Source of the DNA: the human T2T-CHM13v2.0 reference genome, Homo sapiens
NCBI RefSeq assembly: GCF_009914755.1
Contig: NC_060937.1
Reading direction: 5' to 3' (one strand)
DNA length: 64,000 bases
How positions within the stretch are numbered: position 1 is the stretch's first letter; each line of letters opens with the position of its first letter. Below the pieces are notes generated by a model. The model did not search any database. It worked only from the letters and a program-made list of their open reading frames with translations, and was not told the origin of the DNA. Of the stretch, positions 43,678 to 63,512 are shown one piece after another. The translations under genes and the position numbers were made by a program.

Positions 43678-46103
43678 CAAAATATCATCTTTTTGAAAAT
43701 AATTTATGTTCATTTCTACTTTGTAAAGTATCATTGGTCACCTACGTCAGACCTGCTTATGGGTTTGAATTCTTATTTGGGACATAATACCTAACGTGAA
43801 AATTTCCAGCAAGTAATTAAGAAAAATAGAAAACTCATTTCATACTTTTAAAAATATGTTTTTAAAGTTTAAGCTCAGAATATTTGCTTCTTTTACTTTT
43901 TTAATGTTTTGAGCTTATATTTCATTATTTTTGTTTTGAGAGATTGAGTTACTTGCTTTTAAAAAAATTCTCTTTGTTTTAGTAGAAACTATTATTTAAA
44001 AAAAAAATCAACACCTAAACAGAGAATATATGGGGTATTACTCCTTTAACAGCGGAGGTTATAGCAAACCAAAGCAATACTTCCAGTTCACGGAATCTTA
44101 GGGGTTTTCTATCTCTTCATGCTTGCAAAGAACCACTTTACTACTCCCTAATTAACTTCGTATTTGCTCCTTAAGTCTTCTCTCCTGCAAGTGGAATTAA
44201 AGCAAAAGTTACCTAGATGACATTTGATCTTAAGGGACGCAATTAGGTGAAGAGGGGAAGGCAGTTGCTTGTTTACCAAGCAGTAAAGTATTCTAGCTGG
44301 TAAGAAAAGTGGAAGTTTGCACAGATCTCTCCAGGCAAAAGGGTCCCTCAGATTTTTAATCTGAATTGATTTAGATGATACTACTTTATAACTAGTGACA
44401 TGTTTATTTTGCTCAAAGAGCCACTGCACTGAAATCCTTGTTAGAAGTGATCAGGAAATAAGTTGGTGGGCATGTTCTTTCTGATTCTAGGATAAATTAC
44501 TTCACCAGCTTTCTCTTACAATCATAGGTCAACCTTGGGTTTATTTTTAAAAATGGCAGTTATGTCAAAAAGGCAATACTTAGATGGGAATCAAATTCCC
44601 CAGACTCTACCCTGATCGTCCTTTGGATCATTGAAATATTTTCGAATGCCTGTTAATAGTTCTTGAAGAGATGATGCTGTTACTACCACATAAAATCCAT
44701 CTTTTACTCTATTCCTCTTTCCACCTTCTTTGAAAAAACAACAACAACAACAAAAAAAACCAAAAACCTTAATTGCTATCTCTTTTAGGAAACCTTTTTC
44801 TCTCATCCTCTTTAATTTTGATCATCTTGGTTTCCATAGCCCTATGTGTGATTTCTGTCAAGGTACTTATGAGACAGTGCTGGGAGTATTAATTTTTAGG
44901 TTACTATCCTCAATGGTAGATATTATATCTTACTCAATTTTGCATGTCACTGCCCCCCCCCCCCCCGCCCCGCCCCACAACACCTAAGCACAAAGCTCAA
45001 TACATTTAATGAATGGTTGGATAGGATGGATGCCAGAGTGAGGCTGTGTGTATGTACTGGCATATATAAAATGCCTTCTGGCCTTTAACTTAGTGTCTAA
45101 TAGAGGAAGATTTATAAACAGGAAAATTGGCTAGTATTCAGGTAGGAACAAAAATCATGGGTCAGAGCAATTGAACTCCAGGAGAAAAAGGGCAGTCTTC
45201 ACTGCAGAGGTGACATTGGAACTAGATGTTAAAGAATAAGTAGAAGTGTGCACTGTGTTTAAGCATTTCATACATTCTCATATTTTTCCATCTCTTGCAT
45301 GATGTTCTCTGCCTTCCTTGATTCTCCTCAGAAGGAAGGAATTATCTTTCCAATTCTCATAACAGTTCTTCTGAGGCTCTTTATTAAACCGCTTTCTACT
45401 GTGTATCTCAGTACTTTGCATTCATGCCTCACCACTTCTGCTTGAGGGCAGGATCTGTGTGAGGTGTAGAGTCATAGCCTCCAATGGGCCTAGCACATAC
45501 TAAACACCTTTAAAAGATCAAGATTTTCCACATCATTGTGAGCCACTCACTTTACCACTGCAGATACCACTGCAGGTGTCCACAGTGGTACAGACTTCCT
45601 TTTCTCCAAATGCACTGTGCAAGAAGTAAGTAGAATAATTGCGAACATCTTTTTCACATATCTCCCAACTTCATCTCCCTCTCTAGAAGTAACCACTATT
45701 AACAATTTATTACACGCTCTTACAGATGTTTTCTGTGTAGATTTTTCTACTAGGATGAGCCTGTGCTCTATGATGTCAGCATAACTTCTGGTTATGAAGG
45801 TGAGAGGATCCCAGGTATGTCTGAAAAAGTGTACCTCTTGCTTTGTAATTATAGGATACCACTCTCAGGGGAGAGTAGTGTTTCTTTATTGCAAACATAG
45901 TTTATTTACTGAGAAACCAAGGTTTATTTTCTTGGTCCTTTAGTCTCTAGATGAAGAATGACTTGTGGTTTCAAGGCCGTTGGGAGCTGAACTGTTCCAG
46001 GATCTGATACATGCAGCAGGTAAATGTGCTATTTTATGAACACCTTACAACTCCATTTGGTGAGAAGTTCTCTGAAATGAGGTCATTTGGAGGGAAAAGA
46101 TCA

Positions 46104-46574
<471 letters not shown>

Positions 46575-46602
46575 CTAAACCTACAGACATTTGGAATCCC
46601 TC

Positions 46603-47196
46603 TGTATTAGTGTTCTCCAGAGAAACAGAACCAATAGGATCTGTGTATGTATGTATATATGTATGGTCAATAGATCCATCTGTATAGGTATTTATTATCG
46701 GAATTGGCTTATCTGATTATGGTGGCTGAGAAGTCCTCCCATTTGCAGTCTGCAAACTGGAGAACCAGGAAAACTGGAGATGTAATTCACTGAGTCAGGA
46801 GTCAGAAGGGCTGAGAACCAGGAGAGCCTATGGTGTAACTCCCAGTCCCAGTTGGAAGGTGGGAGGGAGTGGGGTGAAGAAATGGTGTAAGTCTGGAGTC
46901 CAAAGGCCCAACAACCAGGAGCTCCAGTGTATAAGGGCAGGCAAACATGAATTGTCCCAGCTCAAGAAAAGAGAGATAATTCACTCCTCTTCCATATTTT
47001 TGTGCTATTTTGGCTCTCAATGGATTGGAAGATGCACACCCACATAGGTGAAGCCAGATCTTCTTTACTCAGTCTACTGTTTGAAATGTTAATCTTTTCC
47101 GGAAACACCCTCACAGACACACCTGGAATAATGTTTAATCAGCTGTCTGGGCATCCCTTACCTCAGTCAAGTTGACACATAAAATTAACCACCACA
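46603..47196 (-). mobile_element. MLT2 (ERVL) solo LTR
   Basis: TG...CA ends: tgtattagtgttctccagagaaacagaaccaatagga ... gttgacacataaaattaaccaccaca; flanks ccctc / ccctt fit a 5-bp TSD. Confidence 0.88.
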
Positions 47197-48035
47197 CCCT
47201 TCTATCTTCTTCCCAAATTTTTCCTGCCTGAATGCCAGTATGATATCTGGAGGTGAAGTGGGACGCAGATACACAGTTTGAGTTCTCTGTACTGTGTAGT
47301 GATAAACAGTTTGGGTTGCTCTTAACAAGACTGAAGTAAGTAAGATCCTCAGTGGCTAAGCCAATGGCTCACAATGATGTGCAAAATCTTGCACCTTATT
47401 TTTAAAAGTGCTTACAGTAACCTCTGTTCTGTAGAATTTACAGGAGAGCTGCTTAGGCCTTCACAAGCCCCAACATGAAAAAAAAAAAGAGTTGCAAGTC
47501 TTACCATCCCACAGGGGTTACCACCCAGACTCCTCACGCATGGTTTGATTTTCAATCAACTCACTACTGTGGCAGTGTGTAAGTAGTTTAAGTAATGGGT
47601 TTATATCTGCTTGACTGTCGCCCCTTTATTCTCCAATTGTGTCCCAGTTGGCAACCCAGTACTTCCCAGTCGCTTCTAGAGAATGGCTTAGTGAAAATGT
47701 CAGCAGCCATGATTTCAACAACTATCTCAAAGGTCATTCCGAGCTGTCCACATTGACCACCAACAAAACTTTGCCAAGGGAAGCAGGTGCCATTTTCTTT
47801 TTTCCCCTTCCCTTCCCTTCCCCTCCACTTCCCCCTTCCCCCTTCCTTTTCCCTTCCCTTCCCTTTTTTCTTTTTTTGGCCACCTTCCTGGCTGGGAAAG
47901 CTGGTGCCATTTTCAAATATCTGCTTGGAAAAACAAATCAGAATGGCTGGGTGAAATCAGCACTCCCTTTTATGGTAGTACAGCTCCCAAATACATAATG
48001 TTGGGTTTTTAGAGAAGAGTTAAAGAAAATATGGC

Positions 48036-54278
<6,243 letters not shown>

Positions 54279-54554
54279 TGTAAAGAAGTCCTACAGAGAG
54301 ACACACCTCTTGCTTGTTCAGGTTCCAGATTCTGAATTCGACCTTCTCTTAACTCCGCAGAATGCAGTTGAGATGCATAGAAAAAGTCTGGGACTACTTA
54401 CACCTATTTGCTAGCAGTAGGTGTTAACTCTTTTCTTCTTTTGTTCCTACTGCCTTCTTGGCCTTTCTTCCTTCTCCCCTCCTCCCTCTCACCATTTTCT
54501 TGTATCATTGCCTGAAGTCAGGAGTAAAGCTCAAATATTAAAAAATCTGGAAGA

Positions 54555-54718
54555 GGCCTGGTGCAGTGCTCACATCTGTGATCCCAGGGCTTTGAGAGGC
54601 CAAGGCGGGAGTTCACCTTGAACTCTTGGCAGAAGACCAAGAGTTCAAGGCTGTAGTGAGTGCTGATCATGCCACTGCACTCCAGCCTGGGTGACAGAGA
54701 CACTGTCTCTGGAAAAGA
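54555..54718 (+). mobile_element. Alu monomer (FRAM/FAM-like or arm-recombined Alu)
   Basis: About 165-nt Alu-like unit between exact aaaaatctggaagag duplications. Confidence 0.8.
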
Positions 54719-56954
54719 AAAATCTGGAAGAGAATTGAAAAAAACCTACTTGTAATATGAGTATGTTAACTTTAGCCATTCATATGCATTGTCAAATCTC
54801 TGGGTCTTCGAATTCTAGCAAAATGTTTCTCATTTTTCATAATGCTAATATCTTACCTGTCTGTGAACTAGAGGTTAATTTTAATTTTTATTTTTTAGAT
54901 TTAGTACACTGTTGGGAAGTGGGGAGGGAAAAAGTTCGCCTCTTACTTTTGATGTTTCCTTCCATGTGGAGGGAATGTGATAGTCTAACTCCTGACTTTC
55001 CTCCACCTCTTTATTAGTTCTTCCCCAGGGGAGTCATTTATTTGATGGGTAAATTTGAGATGTAAATACCTGAATATGCTCTGCTCAACTTCTTCTTCCT
55101 TTGGGGAGCTCACAGTTCACAGGAGTTGCTGCTATGCTCTGTTCTTCAGGGTCGGCTCTGCTGTACCCCCACCCAGGGAAGTGGCTCACAGTCCACCACT
55201 TCCTGGGTAGGGTACAAGGGGGCCCAATTCTGGAGTTCATCTAGTTAACCTATTTTTTCCAATCTACTTTTATCAGTAGCAAAGTTAATATTTTGGTTGT
55301 CTATGTGCCACTGCTTTGTTTAATTATTTATGCATATCTCAGGTGGGAAAGAAGGGTGCTGTATTGGAATCCTTAGTGACTCACGGTATACATCCCATTA
55401 GATCTGCTGTTGGCTAGATGCCCCATTAGCCACCTTCAATATAAATGAATCAAATACAAGACTATCTGTACTCTTATATTTGAAGTCCTTTAGATAAGGA
55501 TTTTTTTTTCTTTTCCAAGATCATCAAACAGATACCACCTGGCTTGCCAGTAGAAGGCTCAGAAGAAATTAAGAAGTTATCCCCTCAAAAATAGCCCACT
55601 GTCCCTTCCGATAATTTTACCACTTGAACCAATACAATCAATTTATTGATCTTATAATGTCTGCACAGTCATTTGGATTTAGGATGCCCAATAGTCAGTA
55701 AATTCCACAGTGTCTGTTTACAGTCTATATTATTTATGCCAGACATATACTAATGGGTCCTTGACGCTGGCAGTAACATGACTTCCAGATTAGTGAAGCA
55801 GGAGGAGATCTGAGTGAGTGTCTCTCTCCTCTGAACTTCCATACCTGTCTATTGGATCTTCTTTTGTAAAATGCTTTGTTTTCTACCATGTGTTATGATT
55901 ATTTCTGGTTTTGGCTTATCTTCTCTGATGGCCTTTTGGCAAGTCTTGTCAAGTTATATTTCCCTTTGGTCTTTGTTTCCCAGAAACAATGTAATATTTC
56001 TCAAAATTCCGTAATTATGTTGAAGAACAATAGAGAAAGTGGGGCAAAGGAAGAGATGAGGAAAACTAGGAGGGAGTGACTCTCTACAGCCATTATGAGA
56101 AACAGTCTCCATATGGAGAGGTGCAGCAGCAAGATCAAAGGCCCATGCTCACCCAGAATGTTACGTAGAGATCCTCCATGCAAAGGCTGAGAAGCTTTTG
56201 CACATATTGGAAACATAAGCAAGCTATTGGAAGGTTATAGGGGTATCTGACTCGTGAAACCCAAGGGCAGGGCATGTAGCCTGGATGCACAAGAACATGG
56301 AACTAGCAATTGAATAGTGATGAGGAGCCAAGTCAGAAACACATTCATACAAACACTCTCTGGAACTCCAGAGTTTCTTATTTCTTCTGCTCTCTGGGTG
56401 TCTGCTTTCTTCTTTTTCCTTCTGTAGGTTGGTTTCTTCAGTTTATTCCACTTGTACCTGGCTCATCACAGTCACCTCCAAATGCCTGGCTCAGCCCTTT
56501 ATTGACCTGACTGCATGAACTTGACAGAAACAAACTTATGAAGTCTCTCAAGTCCCAACCTCAAATTCACAGGAGATAGAATCCACTGTACCTCTCTCCC
56601 AGAAACCCTCCAACTCCTTTGGTCAGTGGTGTTCATCCATAATGCCATCTGGCACTGGGCAAAGAGCAGGGTCATATCTGCTTTTATTCGGAGCCTTGGT
56701 AGGAACATATTCTTGTGTAGAAATGGGCAGAAAATTATTGGTATCTTTAGTACACTTTTTGGTCCCAGAAACATGACCAAACTGAAGGATCCGCCCTGCC
56801 TAGGATGACCTTTCACATATTTGGTGAGAACTGACTGAAAAACAACATATTTGGGCTTGAAGTTAAATGGAGTTTTAAAATATGGACCTCTAGTAATGAT
56901 AGTTTCTTTAGCATTTGTTTTAGGTATACACAGGTTAAAAGATAGTAACTGAGA

Positions 56955-57760
56955 ACTTCTGCTTCTAGGAGGATGAAGTAGATACACTTTTCCTATTTCC
57001 CACTAAGTACAACTAAAGACCCAGGACATTATGTAAAAATGAACACTGGAAGACATCAAAAGGTGGAGAGAAGGCAGTACATTGGCTGGGAGCCTTATGA
57101 TATGAGAAACAACACAGGTGAAGTTCCGTGAGTTTTCTGAGTTATCCCAGACATGGAACTGAAGAAGCCAGCAGCCCAGAAATATCAAAGGGCACAGACA
57201 CAAAAGGCCCCCTGCAAAACTCTGGCCTCTCTATGCAAAGGACCAGGAAAGGGACAGACTAGCAGATGGAAAACTTCTAGACAATAGCTACTCTACTGCA
57301 ACCAATAACACAGGAAAAATTTTGGTCCCACCCATACCTCCACCAATGAAATGGGAAGCCTAGACTTCCACACTTGCCAGGTTGTCACAGGCACCCTACA
57401 CCCCCAGCTGGAGTGAGAAGACCAAATAAGGTATCAGAGGCTGCCTAGTGGGGAATCGGGACCTTCCTCAATGCCCAGCAGTAACAAAATAAACTCCTCT
57501 TTGGTGTGGGTGGAGACCACTGAAGGAGCTGAAATGCCCTTCCCTCCCCAGCAGTAATGAGGGGTGCCCATTCTCAGGCATCAAAGTAGGCTGAGTTGAC
57601 AACAGGGACTTATACCTCCATTAGGTAGTAACTGAAGCAATAACTCCCTTCCTTTGCTAGAGAAAACCAGCAAAAACAATGTTTAAGTAACATTCAGAGT
57701 CTTAAAATATGAAATGATCAGATTTTACAGAAATTACTCATCATAACAAGGATTTCAGTT
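56955..57760 (+). mobile_element. Probable old L1M 5'-region fragment
   Basis: ttctgcttctaggaggatgaagtagat...ctaagtacaactaaagaccc wording resembles L1MC 5' ends; recognised by eye. Confidence 0.5.
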
Positions 57761-57849
57761 TTGCAGTTACTAAAAATCTAAAACCAGGAAAAAAATCCAT
57801 AAATGCTCATGTGACTGTTAAAATTTTTTGGGGGGATAGCGGAGGAGAG

Positions 57850-58103
57850 GAGACAGTGTCTTGTTTTATCACCCAGTCTGGAGTGCAGTGGTGCAATCAT
57901 AGCTCACTGCAGCCTCCAATTCCTGGGCTCAAGGAATCCTCCTGCCTCAGCCTCCTGAGCTGCTAGGACTATAGATGTTCACCACCACGCCTGGCTAATT
58001 AATTTTTGTAGAGATGGGGTCTTGAACTCCCAGCCTGAAGCAATCCTCCTGCCTTGGCCTCCCAAAGTGTTGGGATTATAGGCTTGAGCCACTGTACCTG
58101 ACC
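57850..58103 (-). mobile_element. Alu (AluJ-like)
   Basis: Antisense Alu arms with small deletions. Confidence 0.88.
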
Positions 58104-59120
58104 ACAGGTGATTTAGATTGGAGAAAAAAAAATACAGCTGATTACAATCATTTGTTATTTATTTATTTCAGTGTCTTTGAAGAATGTTACTAGAGAGAAG
58201 CAGGTACAACCTTGTGATTATTATGCTTTGAACTTGATGCTGTGCTGAACACATAAAAAGAGCCCTCATGATGAGAGATTGGAAGGAGAATGAAAGAAAG
58301 GAAGCAAGATCATCCAGAGAACCATGAAGTAGTGACCTTCAGTGACCTTCAGTGATGAGGTGAAAAGTGTCCGGACAGGATGAGACCTGTATACTTGTAA
58401 TTTTTTCTAGAAATATCTGGAAAACAAAGCAAGAGAAGTAGAAGTATTTGTAGCTTTTACTGGAGAAGATTTTTGTATTTTTCTAAGTAGATATGTTAGT
58501 TGCCCATGTTAGTAAAATTTTAAAATGTTTTAAAAGTCTTAAACATTTTTATCTCTAGTGTACATTGTTGTTGATTTTTACACAGAGTTTTGGGTAAATT
58601 TTGAACATTTTTTAAAATAGAAAAAGATGACATTCTTAAGAAAAAAAAGCACTACTAACTCCTTATTTTACATCCCCCCATCCCCTAGGTCTGGCATTCA
58701 TCAGCATTCACACATCTGCAGAAGGGGTATGAGGGAGAAATGACTTCATTAATTATTGTGTCACCAAGTTTTTCTTCTCTTGATTCCTAAGAAGAAGAAA
58801 CAGAGATTACATGTGTTTACTTAAGGGTAAGCACTAACTGAATGCTTACTGAGTGGCTAGATGAATATCTAAAAAAAAAATGGTTTCTGTAGGCGTTGGA
58901 TTCTGCTCAATGCTTATGCCCACCCAGAATGCTCTATAAAACCTTCACTGTTGTTCTCAGGATCAGCCTTCCTGAATTCATCCTATAAACTTTTAATGAG
59001 TGACCTGTTTGTAAAACTCCCTTCCAGATTGGCAAATACAAGTTGATAGAGAACTTCAATGCCTTTTTTCTTCTAACCTCCCTTTCCTTATACTTTCCCC
59101 TATTGAATCTTACCAGAGGG

Positions 59121-59122
<2 letters not shown>

Positions 59123-59156
<34 letters not shown>
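59123..59156. repeat. (CA)17 microsatellite
   Basis: Perfect dinucleotide run. Confidence 0.97.
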
Positions 59157-59161
<5 letters not shown>

Positions 59162-61279
59162 AACTCATCAGCCAAAAAAACTTTTAAAAAGTAAAAATAA
59201 AAAATAAAAAAATACAGGACTCAAAACAGCAGTCCACAGCATTTTTGTGCTGTGATTTCTGAGGGAAATGAATTAGGCACATTGTTTAGTTTGTTTGTTT
59301 GTTTTTGTTTTTTAACAGTATCTGCTTTTGCCTATGTGGAAGTCTTTGATGTAAAACAAAAGCTCTTGATGAAGTGCTAGAACGTACCTAATTGTTGAGG
59401 TGTAGAGATAAACTGACATATAATGATACTTGGAAACAAAGAAAGAAAGGATTGGGGTCTGTTCTATTTTGATTTAAAGTAGGCAACTAGCATGTATTAA
59501 TGGCTCTTAGCTGTCTTTTAAGATAATTTTACAAATACAGAAAATGTTTTATTCACTTGTCCACACAAAGAATAGCCACTAAACCCCATCCCCATTTTAT
59601 TTCTTTCTTATTGTTTATCTTTCCTCTGGAATTTATATACAAAATGTAAATTAAATTAAAATCTGAATAAACAAGAACTAAACTATAAAAAATTACTATT
59701 CATCTATGTTTAATTAGTAGATCAGCTGATATTACAACCCCCCGAATATGCATATTTATGAGGAAGAGTAGTACAATAAAAAAGGGTACTGTTTCTTTTT
59801 TTTACTGTTATTGTTCCTTCGATACTTTTCAAATATTGAAACCTCCAGCAAACAATGCAAGTACAGTTTGTCATTAAAAAGCTATAATGCGCTAAAGAAA
59901 AGTCATTCTTTTTCCATATGCTCTTTACAGAATCAGAGTAATCATTTCAATGAGAAACTAAAGTGCTCCTCTAATTAGAAAACTTCAGTGGTCTTTTAAA
60001 AAATTCCAGCAAAATTTAACATCATTTTATAAATTTTCTAAAGAAAAAGGAAACTATTTATAACCCCATTATCTTGGTATAATGTTCATTTTGGCATGTT
60101 CCTTCCAGGCCCTTGACCACATGCACAGTTATTGTTATTTATTCAGGTAAACTTGCATTCTGTTTTTCTTAAATGTTTTATCTTAAATTCTATTTTTATA
60201 CAATTGTCATAATTATCATTTGTAATCATTTTTGCAATCTCCTTTATGGGAATTTAACACATGGAAAAAATTCAACAGAAGAAAAAATATATAAAGATGT
60301 TAATGGTAGCCTTATTCAGGAAAATAGCAGGATGAGCATGTTCCTTGTCTGGCAGTGGTAAATCGTGGCCTGTACGACACTGGATGGAATATGATGTCAG
60401 TGCTTTCAACAGTAGCCAGAAGAATGAAGATTCTAATCATGGCTCTTGGTCAGCTCAAGGGCTCTGATAGTCAAGCTGAATTTCACGGGAGGTTTGATTC
60501 ATCTTTCATTGCTGCCTCCTGTGTTAGGTCTCTTAACAGATTGAATTATAGAACTAGAGGAGGCCCAGGAATAGCCCAACCATTTGTGGACATTTAGAGC
60601 AAAACAAAAGTGAAACAAACCCCCATATTTGGCAGTACTACAAGTAGAAATGAGTGGACAAGTTGTAGACATTATTCTTTCCCATCAGGTTTTTCTATAA
60701 GGAAGGACTAATGTGCTGCGTTGGCTTAGGTCACCTGGCTGTGGAAACCGGCAGAGGAGATAGGTAAAGAAACAATGTGGAGAGACTGGATTAAACTGCT
60801 TTGAAATGCTGGATGCTGACAGCCTGAGTGAGGCTGGTCCAATTTAGTTCAGAATTTTCAGCTGCCTGTGCTGAGCACAAACTGTAGTTGTTTCTCCAAC
60901 AGAAAGAGCCAAGATTATGACTGATGGCAGGGTGTCTTTGAGTTCCGATCTATGTTCATATAAGTTGGGCAAATTGGCCAAGTCAAATTGAGGTGTTGGG
61001 TTTTCATTGGATACGGTTGGATATTGTTCCTTAGATGCTTTTCAAATATTCCATTGCACTGGAAATATGTTTAAGAAATGTTTTAACTAATGTCATTACC
61101 TTTAATAAAGACTTAAAATATGTCAAAATAAAACCCCCAACTAGAGATGGATCAGAGGGTTCATGGATAGGTTTGCTGTTCATTGATATATCATTAATAA
61201 ATGTTCCATTTCACTCATTTATGGTAAGTTAAAGGAAAATATCTTATAATTTTAATGGCATACTTATTTTAAAATAAAA

Positions 61280-62463
61280 CCTTATACAAAAATTAATTCA
61301 GGATGGATTAAAGACTTAAATGTTAGACCTAAAACCATAAAAACCTGAGAAGAAAACCTAGGCAATACCATTCAGGACATGGGCATGGGCAAGGACTTCA
61401 TGTCTAAAACACCAAAAGCAATGGCAACAGAAGCCAAAATTGACAAATGGGATCTAATTAAACTAAAGAGCTTCTGCACAGCAAAAGAAACTGCCATCAG
61501 AGTAAACAGACAACCTACAGAATGGGAGAAAATTTTTGCAATATACTCATCTGACAAAGGGCTAATATCCAGAATCTACAAAGCACTCAAACAAATTTAC
61601 AAGAAAAAAACAACCCCATCAACAAGTGGGCAAAGGATATGAACAGACACTTCTCAAAAGAAGACATTTGTGCAGCCAAAAGACACATGAAAAAATGCTC
61701 ATCATCACTGGCCATCAGAGAAATGCAAATCAAAACCACAAAGAGATACCATGTTACACCAGTTAGAATGGTGATCATTAAAAAGTCAGGAAACAACAGG
61801 TGCTGCAGAGGATGTGGAGAAATAGGAACACTTTTACACTGTTGATGGGACTGTAAACTAGTTCAACCATTGTGGAAGTCAGTGTGGTGATTCCTCAGGG
61901 AACTAGAACTAGAAATACCATTTGACCCAGTCATCCCATTACTGGGTATATATCCAAAGGATTATAAACCATGCTGCTATAAAGACACATGCACACGTAT
62001 GTTTATTGCGGCACTATTCACAATAGCAAAGACTTGGAACCAACCCAAATGTCCAACAATGATAGACTGGATTAAGCAAATGTGGCACATATACACCATG
62101 GAATATTATGCAGCCATAAAAAATGATGAGCTCATGTCCTTTGCAGGGACATGGATGAAGCTGGAAACCATCATTCTCAGCAAACTATCGCAAGGACAAA
62201 AAACCAGACACCGCATGTTCTCACTCATAGGTGGGAATAGAACAATGAGAACACACGGACACAGGAAGGGGAACATCACACACTGGGGCCTGTTGTGGGG
62301 TGGGGGGGAGGGGGGAGGGATGGCATTAGGAGATATACCTAATGTGAAATGACGAGTTATTGGGTGCAGCACACCAACATGGCACATGTATACATATGTA
62401 ACTAACCTGCACGTTGTGCACATGTACCCTAAAACTTGAAGTATAATAAAAAAATAAATAAAA
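61280..62463 (+). mobile_element. 5'-truncated L1PA (L1PA4-like), ORF2 C-terminus and 3' UTR
   Basis: [38 protein letters not shown]; G-rich 3' UTR, aataaa and A tail; TT/AAAA insertion context. Confidence 0.93.
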
Positions 62464-63512
62464 TATCAAGAATAATTACAAACTTCTTTAGTGCAGTGAG
62501 ATGATAGCCTGAAGTGTTAATCGGTGCTTTATTCCTTGGTCTTTCTTGTGACTTTGTGCTCCCTAGTCAGACAGCAGAGAAGGTAGTACCAACAGTTCTC
62601 AAGGTATGTTCATTATAGCAGTGCAAAGAATAACAAGTAAAGGCCTTAACTAACAAAAAAAGTCAATGTTCAGTTTCAGATTCTCAAACACACACTTGAC
62701 ATTCATGGCAAGGATAGTAGTGTAAGAGAAAGAGGTTTTGAGTTGTAAGAAAATTGATGTCAAAATCAGAACACTGAAGTCTATGCCAAAGACGAGAGGC
62801 ATGGAATAATATTGGACAGATCCAGGTAGCCCACCTTCCTAGACTAGATAATGTTACTGCAGTTTGGGGAAACAATAGAAAAAAAGAGCCATGGTTAGAG
62901 GATGGTATGAGGGAATAAAGAACTCCATGCGCACACTTAAGGATACAGGAGTGCATTGCAACTTTGCTTTGTTCCTGGGTGGATCTAGGAGAGGGGTAAG
63001 GTTTCCAATTTTTTCCACATCATGGTGCGGGTCATAGTATCTAGGCAACATGACATGGATAACATCCAAAACATTGCCCTGTTTTTAAGATGGTCACAGA
63101 AACAGGTAGAGAAGGCTGTTGGGCCTGCAGAGCCCCAAGGTTAGCACAAGGGTGACAGAGAAATAGTTCAGGAGTGTAGATTGAAGACCAAATGGAACTG
63201 AGGTCATTGGTGGGTGTTAGCTATATAGATGTCTCACACTAGGGGCCAGTGAGAGCAAGGACCAGCAAGATATACCAGCATGGACAGATTGGGGCAGGGT
63301 GGTGGTCAGAAGTCATCTGACCACCACCCTGCCCCCATGCCTGGATATTAGAGATCCTTTTGCATCTTAGAATCAATCTCAGAGAAATGGAAAGAGAATG
63401 GGGAAAATGTTCTGAACTGGCAGAGGAAATTCTACTTGACTAGCATTAATTTTATGTCATTCATAGGATAACGGCACAAGAAAGAAATTTAGTTATGGAA
63501 AAATATATATAT

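Larger units (their letters stand above)
40141..43700 (+). other. NDFIP2: NDFIP2 terminal non-coding exon (3' UTR, about 3.5 kb); 3' end approximate
   Basis: Strong acceptor ttccttctttgtctccag ending at 40140, the first strong one I saw after the exon 7 donor; AU-rich, no recognisable transposon; eight AATAAA hexamers, the last at 43672-43677 followed by T-rich sequence. Confidence 0.8.

Noticed and set aside
56499-56987. 162-aa minus-strand ORF, the longest in the track
   Set aside because: No recognisable domain or splice structure; starts in a probable L1M fragment; length is compatible with chance.
58331-58355. agtgaccttc tandem duplication
   Set aside because: 10-bp unit x2.5; common slippage with no other signal.
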